Source: Octopus sinensis (lineage: Eukaryota). Taken from it: 64,000 nucleotides of DNA. Shown piece by piece: positions 54,111 to 64,000 of the stretch (position 1 is its first letter; every line of letters begins with the position of its first letter). The notes beneath the pieces were generated by a model. It saw only the letters and a list, made by a program, of their open reading frames with translations. It was not told the origin of the DNA and did no database searches. The DNA lies in assembly GCF_006345805.1 (NCBI RefSeq), contig NC_042997.1, positions 15,562,001 through 15,626,000 on the forward strand, read 5' to 3'. Both the position numbers and the translations under genes were made by a program.

Positions 54111-54571
54111 TATATGTTCTAGTATTCTAATTCAAGTGAAAGGAGCGCGTAACATCACAAGGAGGAGAATAACTAAGAGAAGATCCTTGGCATGGACAGC
54201 GGAATGCGGACAGCCTAACCCCATAGGTTTAAATTATTCGAAATTTTAAATACAACTGGCACTTGAAGTAGGTTGGTGGGTACAACGGCCGAAACTTTGC
54301 AACTATAACAACCAAAATGAGGTCCCTAATCTGAATATATCAATGAATACTAACGATAATTTCTCGTTTTAGAATTTCAGGCAAAATTTCAGTCAATCAA
54401 CGAGATTATTTGAAACAATAAGGAAGCCTGCTAAAAATATCAGTCAAATATTCCTCACATCCTATTATACAGTCTTATAAAATGAAACATTAGACAGTAT
54501 GGTCCTGGCTACCCTGCACATACAAAAAAGATGGGTTGGTCGCCGCTGGAATGCTGTTGGGCGATCTGCTT

Positions 54572-54609
<38 letters not shown>

Positions 54610-54614
<5 letters not shown>

Positions 54615-54838
54615 CTTTACTACCCACAAGGGGCTAAACATAGAGGGGACAAACAAGGACAGACAAACGGATTAAGTCGATTATATCGACCTCAGTGCGT
54701 AACTGGTACTTATTTAATCGACCCCGAAAGGATGAAAGGCAAAGTTAACCTCGGCGGAATTTGAACTCAGAACGTAGCGGCAGACGAAATACCGCTAAGC
54801 ATTTCGCCCGGCAAGCTAACATCTCGGCCAGCTCGCTG
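54610..54838 (-). mobile_element. SINE family A inserted next to (TA)n
   Basis: Full head-to-tail match. Confidence 0.9.
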
Positions 54839-54875
54839 TCGGAGACACACATAAATAAACTGCATGATCTGCTTC

Positions 54876-54908
<33 letters not shown>

Positions 54909-55808
54909 AAGAACAATATTATTTCTAAAAATATTAACGTTGGCGGACGTATAGGCAAATTGATTATTAAATATCATATAGATATACTTATATATATTAG
55001 AGCAGTGCATAAGCACCTGCTTCGCTAACAATAGGTGGCAAAATACTTCAATAAATACATGTGTGTGTATATACGTATGGCAGAATCGGCGCGTTACACA
55101 AAAATACGTAATTGTAACGCTACTTTACGCCTGTGTCATCGACTTTACCTTTCGGTCTCATGATATCGAGAAAAAGAAAAGTACCTCATAAAGTGCTATA
55201 ATCGTTTGAAAGCAAAGGAAACAATCTACCAAGATCAGCCGGGCATTCGAGTAAACTGAAGTATCGTCTGTAAAACTAAGCGTTTCTGTTATTGGTTTAT
55301 TTATATGTGTCTCTAATTATTTATGTCTAACGATCTCTTTATCTGTGTATTTATCTATAATAAAAAAATAAAGAAAAGACAAAAGAAATTATTTTCTAAT
55401 TATCTCTTCGAATTAGATATGTTTTCGTTATTATGGTAACAAATATAACTTAATTAGATATAATTACTGTCATTTGAAAAGGAGGAGGAGGAGGAAATTA
55501 TTGATGGTCTGCGTGTACAAGAATCAGTTCAATAAAAATAGCTAAAAGCAAGAATTGTCTGGGTGCTGCGTATATATTGGTTATACCGCATGTTTCCGAT
55601 ATATAGGAGAATTAATGGTGGTACATCATTTGTGTATAATATATTGATTTCAAATTCTGGCACAAGGCCGGCAACGTCAGGGAAGAGGGTAAGTTGATTA
55701 CATTGACTCTAGTATTAAACTGGTACTTATTTGATCGAGCTGGAAAGGATGAAAGGCAAAGTCGACCTCAGCAGAATTTGAACCCAGAACGTAAAGACGG
55801 ACGAAATA

Positions 55809-57069
55809 TCAGGTCGTCAAGTATGAAATTTGTAATAAGGTATATGGTAAACTTTGACAGGTGCTCATTTTGCACCATTATTATATTTTGACAATCTTCA
55901 TTTTTGTTAGAAAGCTGACACATCTGTTTCTTTATTCTAACCCATTTTGCGCTTTATAAAGTATTTATAAATCGTTTTTTGCTATTTTTGTTTAGAGATG
56001 GATAAGTCACAGTTTTGAAATATGAGTTCTTTCTTGGAAATACAGCATCACAGACAGCTCGAAATATTAATGGAATATTTCATTCTAATGTTATTAAACA
56101 GAAGACAGTGTCAAATTGGTTTGCAAAATTTCGTTCTGGTAGCTTTGACCTTACAAATGAGCCATGCGGTCGACCAGAAACAAAGGTGGATAATGACGAA
56201 CTGAAAGCCACCGTCGAGTCAGATCTATCTCAAAGTGCCCGTGAATTATCGTTGTTGTTTGGTGTTAACAAGCAAACAATATTGACTCACCTAGTTCAAA
56301 TCGTTAAAGTGAAAAAGTTGGATAAGTGGGTTCCACATGAACTCAATGAAAATCAGAAATAGCAACGTTTGAAAGCCTGCATTATGCTACTTTCTTGTCA
56401 CAAAAATGAATCATTTTTGAGTCGAATTGTAACACGTGATGAGAAATGGATCCAATACAACAACTGTAAACGTTCAGCACAATAGTTGGACAAATACGAG
56501 CCACCGAAACACTGCCCAAAAAGCAAAACTCATCAAAAGAAGCTGATGCTGTGTGTTTGGTGATCTGGCGCACGTGTGATCCATTATGATTTCATTAAAC
56601 CTGGCTCTTCAATCAAGGCCGAAGGATGCAGAAACTTACAAAAATAAAAAAAATAGCCTAGATTAGTCAACAGATCAACTCCTATTTTATTTCAAGACAA
56701 CACCAGGCCACACATCGCAAAAATGACACTGGCGAAACTACAGGAGTTGAAGTTGGAAGTTCTCCATCATACACCATACTCACCTGATTGATCTTGTCCC
56801 CACTGACTACCATTTCTTCCAGAATTTGGATAACTTTTTGATAGGAAAAAAATTTAATTCCAACGATGCTGTAAAACAGGCCTTCCAAGATTTTATTGAC
56901 TCTAGATTGCCAGGCTTTTACAGTTCCGAGCAGGACAAGCTACCACTGAAATAGCAAAAGTGTATTGACAATATGGGTGTATACATTGATGAATAAAACT
57001 ATTTCTTGTATTTATAAAACATTAGCAAACTTTTTATCTTTTCTACAATTTTCATACTTAACGACCTAA
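55809..57069 (+). mobile_element. Mariner transposon (Hsmar1/cecropia-like), 1261 bp, decayed
   Basis: TIRs tcaggtcgtcaagtatgaaatttgt / acaattttcatacttaacgacctaa, with TA flanks at 55807-08 and 57070-71. Confidence 0.92.
55998..56996 (+). pseudogene. Mariner transposase pseudogene
   Basis: Motifs KYEF..GRPETKVDNDELK..VKKLDKWVPHEL, RIVTRDEKWI, QDNTRPH, HTPYSPD and KCIDNMGVYIDE*; stops (e.g. 56360) and frameshifts. Confidence 0.92.
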
Positions 57070-57355
57070 TACGTCTAAGCAGTTTGCCCGGTGTGCTAAC
57101 AAGTCTGCTAGCTCACTGCCTTATTTATGTATAGTATATTAGCAGAAACTACGCAAACTGATGATGAAGGACTCTTCACGTGGTCACTCAACCAGCTAAA
57201 AATAACAACCAAATCTCCTTCAATTTAAAAATCGGAAAATGTAATCATAATTAGAGATGTGATAGTCATTAAAGGAATATCTTTGATTATAGTAACGTAA
57301 GGTAAATGTTAACCTAGATCTAAACACCACCGACAGCAACAGCAACAGCAACAAC

Positions 57356-57862
57356 TGTGGAGGCGCAATGGCCCAGTGGTTAGGGCAGCAGACTCGCGGT
57401 CGTAAGAACGCGGCTTCGATTCCCAGACTGGGCATTGTGAGTATATATTGAGCAAAAACACTTAAGCTCCACAAGGCTCCAACGGTGGGGGTGAACCCCG
57501 CTGTACACTTTCACCACAACTTTCTCTCACTCTTTCTTCCTACTTCTGCCACAAAGCAGAGGTACCATGGTGTAACCCACTGTGGTGTGGTTAACTTTCA
57601 GACCCTAGTCTAGATTGCGAATCCTCTGTACCCCAGGATGGTTCAGCTCTCCACCCGTTAAAAGCCACCGTTTACGGAATGAGGATAACAACGTAGCTTT
57701 CGCACCCGTGCAACCGCCAGTCTATCGCGTGTGGTGGGTGCGTCTTGAAGTTGCCGCACGCATTCTTAGTAGCTTAGAGTAGGCTCGAATTAGAGATTAT
57801 TCTTTGAGGCTAATGGCGTGAGTCCTGATTGGAAGAAGAAGAAGAAGAAGAAGAAGAAGAAG
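57356..57862 (+). mobile_element. SINE family B head joined to a fourth ~300-bp tail ending in (GAA)n
   Basis: tgtggaggcgcaatggcccagtggttagggc...caactttctctcactct, then unique sequence, then ggaagaagaagaagaag. Confidence 0.65.
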
Positions 57863-58350
57863 ACATCAGCATGACTTATTGTGTAACGTGACATAAAATC
57901 GAATATTGACACACACACACATACACACACACAACACATACACGAATACACATATATATATATGCATTAGTATATATGAGTGTATGCATTCATATACGTA
58001 TTTCCTCACCGAGATAGTTAAAATTAGTGAAAATATCTTGTAATTCACCTGACACCATAGTAAATTAAACTGGAAATTATAGCATCAATGGTGCTATAGA
58101 CAGATTGTATTTCTTTTGTAAGGAGGACTAGTATGGTTTCAAATCTGGTATAACATTAAATGAGACTCGAATTGTAACACTGAATCAACATCTCCAGCAG
58201 GGAAAAGATCTCAGCAACCATCTTACTCGTTTTTACTAACATGAAAACATCATTGGGGTAAGTTGAGGAGAGACATAATGCAGAAACTGGTACTGATATC
58301 ACTCTAAGAGACATTAGGAGATCCTAATGCAGCAGCCTAATAATAATAAT

Positions 58351-58773
58351 ACCACAGATTTGCTTCTCAGTTGTTTGACCTTAATCAGTTGAGCATGTTC
58401 CTTAGTGGCTGATATGTGCATCTCTGATCATGAGCAGAAGTAGCGGGGGAGCAATATAGCCACGTGTTGAGAGGAATTCTTTGGGGTTTGAATAATTCAC
58501 CTCTGGAGATATGGATGTTTCGTCCAACATATTTAAACATCCCTTGTTCAGGGACCTTTTGAGTGGGATAGGCTACTAGATCTGGAGAAAATTCTAACTG
58601 GGCTCCACCTGCAAGGTCATGTGCTGTTTATCTTGATATAAGATCATCATGTCATGCACAAATAGTTGTGATGCTTGATGTACCCTTATCAGACGGGTTG
58701 TCATGATGGGTATATTTGGCTTCGTATATTTTACCACAGTGTCACTTTGATGGCATGCACTGCTCTCACACTC
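58351..58773 (+). mobile_element. AAT-tailed non-LTR retroposon 3' end (same family as 22038-22374)
   Basis: (AAT)n on both sides; homologous to the 22-kb copy over ~330 bp. Confidence 0.65.
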
Positions 58774-58823
<50 letters not shown>

Positions 58824-59199
58824 TAATGATAATAATTCTATGTAACCTCAAGTTTTATTCTATGTAATCTCAGTGGGTAATGTAATCTCAATGATGGGTA
58901 TATTTGTTGTTTGGAATCACAAGTTAATGTTGTGTGGTGGAAGTTAATTGCCTACTTCATCAATGTGTGCAGAAATACAGGAGAATTAGTGGACATGTAA
59001 GGGTCATTGATGCGGTGTTTACAACTGAAATACCTAAAATACATTTTTAGCTTTTAATAATTACTGGCAAGGACACAACCCCCACCGCCCTGCCCTGTCC
59101 CTAGCCACATTCAAATGGCTAATGTCCCTTTTGTTATGGAGCAGTTACTGTCTATATCTCGTTTAGAGAATTATTATTGCTGTCGAACAGATTTTCGAA

Positions 59200-59600
59200 A
59201 TCAGTAAATGTATTTACGTGAAAATCTATATATAAATATCCTGCACAGAGAGTCGTTCGTCGAGGGGCAGTGCCTACCATACGTTGACGAGAGGCAAACC
59301 CTGAACCTGGGTCCGTATGTGGCATCCGCTTCTTCGGGGAATGATCTCCCTTTGCAGGATAGAGGACACCGTGATGGTGTCAAACCTATCTGGTGACGTT
59401 GATGATCGCCTGGGGCTAAATGCAGTCTATGTATCAATTCGCCTAGATCAAAATGCAACTGAATTTGAATTCTTCGAAAAAGATTTTAGCTTCATAGTTC
59501 ATACGTTACAGGTGATTGTTATATTTGGGATAATATGTGCAAAGCCTTCTAAAGATTTAGAGCCTAAAAATGTTGGTCAATTTTCGCTTCAGTTCTTCTG
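59200..59600 (-). pseudogene. Possible old RTE C-terminal remnant
   Basis: Degenerate C-x-x-W-TMK and RWFGH-like codons on the minus strand. Confidence 0.3.
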
Positions 59601-59761
59601 CGCAGCACCTTGGGCAAGTATCTTCTACTATTGCTCCAGCCAAACCAAAGCCTTGTGAGCGAATTTGTAGAGGGAAACTGTGTGCCGGCCTATCGTAAGT
59701 ATTTGTGTGTGTGTGAATAACTGTTAATGGGGCATCTGTTTAGGAATGTTCGAAGATGTCT

Positions 59762-59799
<38 letters not shown>

Positions 59800-60359
59800 G
59801 TGTGTGTGTGTGTGTCTTGTGTGTATGCGTCTGTCTGTATCTGTGTGTAAAAAGAGAGAAAATAGATAGCTTTTGATAATGCGAAAGGTTTAATAAAGCC
59901 TTAATATATTACGGGTTCAAAGTCCTATCTTAGAACAGAACAGTCTAAGAAACGCCTAGTTATGTAGGATCATAGATAACGGATTAACGGATCCCACATA
60001 ATTGAACTTTCCTTAGATTGTTGTAAGAGAGAGGGAAGAGAGAAATGGTGAGGTTCAGGATAATCAGAGGCTTCGAGGGCATTGATTATGTTTCCCTTGG
60101 GTAGTGAGATGTGTAGTTCAAAGTTATTTCCTTGCTGTATGTAACGATTTTGTCGTTGTGGTGCCAAAGGTGACAGGTAGTCAGTTCTCTATTGGATTAT
60201 GATTTCGAGATCTCTGACTGAGGAAGCAGCGTCTGACTTTCATCACGGGTGTATCTTGATTGAGTTTCGACTACAGAATAACACCTGAGTGAAATTTTTT
60301 TTTTAAAAAAAGGGAACAGAAAAGAAAAATGCTTAAAACTTTTCAGGAGAATAGAAGGC

Positions 60360-60538
60360 TTAACGGATTAAGTTGATTACATCGACTCCACTGCGTAACT
60401 GGTACTTATTTAATCGACCCCGAAAGGATGAAAGGCAAAGTCGACCTCGGCGGAATTCGAACTTAGAACGTAACGGCAGACGAAATACGGCTGCGCATTT
60501 GCCCGGCGTGCTAACGTTTTCTGCCAGCTCGCCGCCTT
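60360..60538 (-). mobile_element. SINE family A, 3'-truncated
   Basis: Head and central domain match. Confidence 0.85.
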
Positions 60539-60642
60539 AATCACACATATTTATATGTACCTTTGCAAACCAAATGAAATCATATTTTACTTTAATAATA
60601 TATATAATATATTATATATATATATATATATATATTATATAA

Positions 60643-60706
<64 letters not shown>

Positions 60707-61878
60707 ATATATATAAAACGTAATGTATATATATATATATATATATAATATATATAGTATTTCTATATATATATGTATTATATATATATTCTTGTATGTG
60801 TGTGCGCGATTGTTTGGTGTGTGTATGGATCTATGTTTATATACATACGCCTACGTACATTTAAACAATTAGATGTTTTTATTCCCAGATTTAGAAGAAT
60901 TTTCTATTGGACTATAAATAATGGTGCGTCAATATAAGGGCTTCTCTATTACTTTCCGATATGGAATTAAGAAAAAAAGATATTTTTAATACACAAATAA
61001 ACAAATAAACAAACAGGCAAACAAGTAAACAAAATACTCTAATAGTGCAGCGTCTGTCTAATTGCAACAGATTTAGCAACGATTTCAGACTTGGCGCCTT
61101 AAGAAGAATTTCTTGTTGATACCGTTGGAGAAGATAACGAATGCCATGTTAGAACTTTGCGTAGTAAGAGACGATGGGTGGGGGTGGTGGAGGGGTACAA
61201 AAGAAGCGGAAGGAAGGAAGGAAGAAAGAAAAAAACGAAAAAGGGGGGAGAAAGGTAGGGAGACGGGGGGAGGGCGAGGGGTAGAAAAATGAAGAAGGGG
61301 AAGAAGAGAGTGAGAGAAGAAAGAAAGAAAGAAGAGAGAGAGGGGAGGCGGGGCGGGCGCGAGAGGAAATACTTCGGGGGGTGGGGTGGGGGTGGATGAG
61401 AGGGGGGGATCTTGACGTTTCACATTTAACAGGTAAACAAGATAGGTTTTTTTTTTAAGCAGCCTCGTTTCTCACACCTGGAAAACACCCTAACCTTTCT
61501 AAATCGTTGCTTGCTTGCTTGCTTGCTCGCTTGCTTGGCTGTTTGCTTGCTAGTTAGTTAGTTAACTGAGAAAGGTGGTGGGTAATGTGAGTGAGGAATC
61601 AAGTCAGCAGTCGAAAAATCAGTGATGATACATCCCAGATTCAATTTCTTCGCTTACTGCAGTCTTTTTATCTCCAAAATGGAATGCCGACCCCCAGCTG
61701 GCGGTAGTCTAGTCATCTGGGAACCATATAAGTCCCACTTCCTCTCGTTCCCATTTTCTATCAGATCGTCTATTTATTTGTCAGTTTGTGCCTTTGTCTC
61801 CTTTACTTTATCTCTCCACGCTCTCCCTCTCTCTCTCTCTCTCTACCCACGTATCTATTTACCTATTTGTCTGATTGT

Positions 61879-61977
<99 letters not shown>

Positions 61978-61992
61978 ATCTATCTATCTATC

Positions 61993-62023
<31 letters not shown>

Positions 62024-62024
62024 C

Positions 62025-62368
62025 TTTTTTTTTTTAATTTTATTCCCCCCTTTTTTTGTCCTCTTATTTCCCTTTACGATCCCTTTTGATCGAAAACCAA
62101 ACCCCCTTTTTTTACCCCCAAAAGAAACGCTCTACCTTGTAATTTGTCCCATCTGTGTGCAGCACTGTGTGGCCAATAAAGACACTTATCTATCTATCTA
62201 TCTATCTTTTTTTTATTTTTATTTTATTCCCCCCTTTTTTTTTGTCCTCTTTCTTTCCCTTTACGATCCTTTTGATCGAAAACCAAACCCCCTTTTTTTA
62301 CACCAAAAGAAAAGCTCTACCTTGTAATTTGGTCCCATCTGTGTGCAGCCCTGTGTGAATAAAGAAAC

Positions 62369-62370
<2 letters not shown>
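62025..62370 (+). mobile_element. Two tandem ~165-bp LINE-like 3' ends embedded in (TATC)n
   Basis: Copies at 62025-62187 and 62207-62370 end tttgtcccatctgtgtgcagc.ctgtgtg..aataaaga.actta(TCTA)n. Confidence 0.7.
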
Positions 62371-62431
<61 letters not shown>

Positions 62432-62459
62432 CTATCTATCTATCTATTATATATATATA

Positions 62460-62497
<38 letters not shown>

Positions 62498-62710
62498 ATA
62501 TATATCTATATATATATATATATATATCTATATAATATATATATATATCTTAGCTCTTTGTGTATGTACACGTGTTGTTGTGTGTTTTTGTAAATATGTG
62601 TGCAGGAGCGCGTATCTATACATATACGCGATGTCACACGTCTGTTCGTGTGAATCTATCGATTTGTATTATTAAATACTTTATATATATATATATATAA
62701 TATATTTATA

Positions 62711-62849
62711 TAGTGGGCAGGAGTGGCTGTGTGGGTCCGGGTTCAGTCCCACTGCTGGCATCTTGGGCAAGTGTCTCGGGCCGACCAAAGCTTTGTGAGT
62801 GGATTTGTAGCTGGAAACTGAAAGAAGCCGTCGTATATATATACATATA

Positions 62850-62943
<94 letters not shown>

Positions 62944-63111
62944 GTGTGTGGTTTGTGTGTCTGTGTTTTGTCCCCCTAAGCATTGCTTGACAACAGATGC
63001 TTGGTGTGTTTCGTCGCCGTCACCTAGCGGTTCATGCAAAGAGAGACCGATAGTATAGTACTGGGCTTACAAAGAATAAGTCCCGGGTCGAATTGCTCGA
63101 CTGAAACAAGT

Positions 63112-63112
<1 letters not shown>
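62711..63112 (+). mobile_element. SINE family C
   Basis: Head, internal (TA)n(TG)n and tail modules in canonical order. Confidence 0.85.
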
Positions 63113-63142
<30 letters not shown>

Positions 63143-63241
63143 CCGAACGACTTGGTAAAATTAATTATTACTTAATAAATTAATTTTACCCTTTATTAGT
63201 ATTGATTATATATATATATATGTTATAAATTACTTTATATA

Positions 63242-63286
<45 letters not shown>

Positions 63287-64000
63287 CTTCTTTGTACTGT
63301 CAACAGTAGAAACAGCCATAAGAGTTTATGAGAAAATAAGATTAGCAATGAGTTAGTTATTTTCATGTTGAACCTTCAAGGGAAGTAACTCCGAACGTTT
63401 ATGAGCTTTCTCAACCGTCATCAGCGGAAGTTTAGTCCGCCAATTTGTTTCTGGAGCTTATTTTATATTTTTCACGTGTATTTGTTTCTAGTTTATGGAG
63501 ACAGTGCACCAGCATGGCCAATGCTGTATGGTAAGAACCAGTAAAAAGGTAAAATAGCTTGAAACTATTCTTTCTTTTGTTTGCGTTTCCAATTGTGCTT
63601 CACTCATTTTGATAAAAGTAGTCATCCTTGTTATCTGCTGAGCCTTTTTTACTCTTATCATTGAAATATAACAATACATGTCAAACTAAAAGTCCTATCT
63701 ACTTGTATATACATACATACTAATTAAAAAATTACAGTTACAAATCTTTAATGGAATTGTAAGAATATGTAACATATATTCCAACGTTTATCTTGTAAAA
63801 TGTATAAATATATAGGTATAGGGAAAAACAAACATGTGTACATATACACAGTCGTAAATCAAATCAACGATTCACTTACGCAATGACATACATACTTGCA
63901 TATAAATATTATGTATAAGCACATTCGCGCAGACATGCATGCATGCATACATACATGATGGCCGTCCACTCGTGACCGAGGAAGACCATTGCCGACCTTC

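Larger units (their letters stand above)
55658..57122 (-). mobile_element. SINE family A (older variant) split by the mariner: 55658-55808 and 57070-57122
   Basis: ...gtaaagacggacgaaa[TA mariner TA]cgtctaagcagtttgcccggtgtgctaac restores the family consensus gacgaaataccgctaagcatttcgcccggcgtgctaac. Confidence 0.85.

Noticed and set aside
59317-59658. 113-aa plus-strand ORF
   Set aside because: It ends inside a SINE C fragment and overlaps a probable antisense LINE remnant; no recognisable domain.

Overview
AT-rich, repeat-saturated eukaryotic DNA. The tRNA-derived SINE families and very high microsatellite load are most consistent with an octopod cephalopod (Octopus) genome; this is an inference from recalled repeat sequences, not a database search. 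I recognise no host protein-coding gene, and almost every ORF in the supplied track is a microsatellite read-through artefact. The window contains: (1) at least four tRNA-head SINE families, labelled A-D here, many with 11-21 bp target-site duplications (TSDs); (2) a Tc1 (DD34E) transposon whose 331-aa transposase frame is restored by removing one SINE plus one TSD copy; (3) a decayed Hsmar1-like mariner inserted into a SINE; (4) a DINE-1/Helentron-type non-autonomous element split by a 1.77-kb ORF1-only LINE derivative with a 15-bp TSD; (5) R4/Dong-like, RTE-like and pogo-like remnants and a pogo-type MITE; (6) large triplet-based minisatellites, a 5x77-bp array, an 83-nt near-perfect hairpin and a 100-N scaffold gap. 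The most interesting lead is the ORF1-only element. It shares its 3' tail with the most abundant SINE family here and with a duplicated LINE-like 3' end at 62 kb, which points to an L1/Tx1-type partner LINE system with long TSDs and a possible GGTAT target bias.
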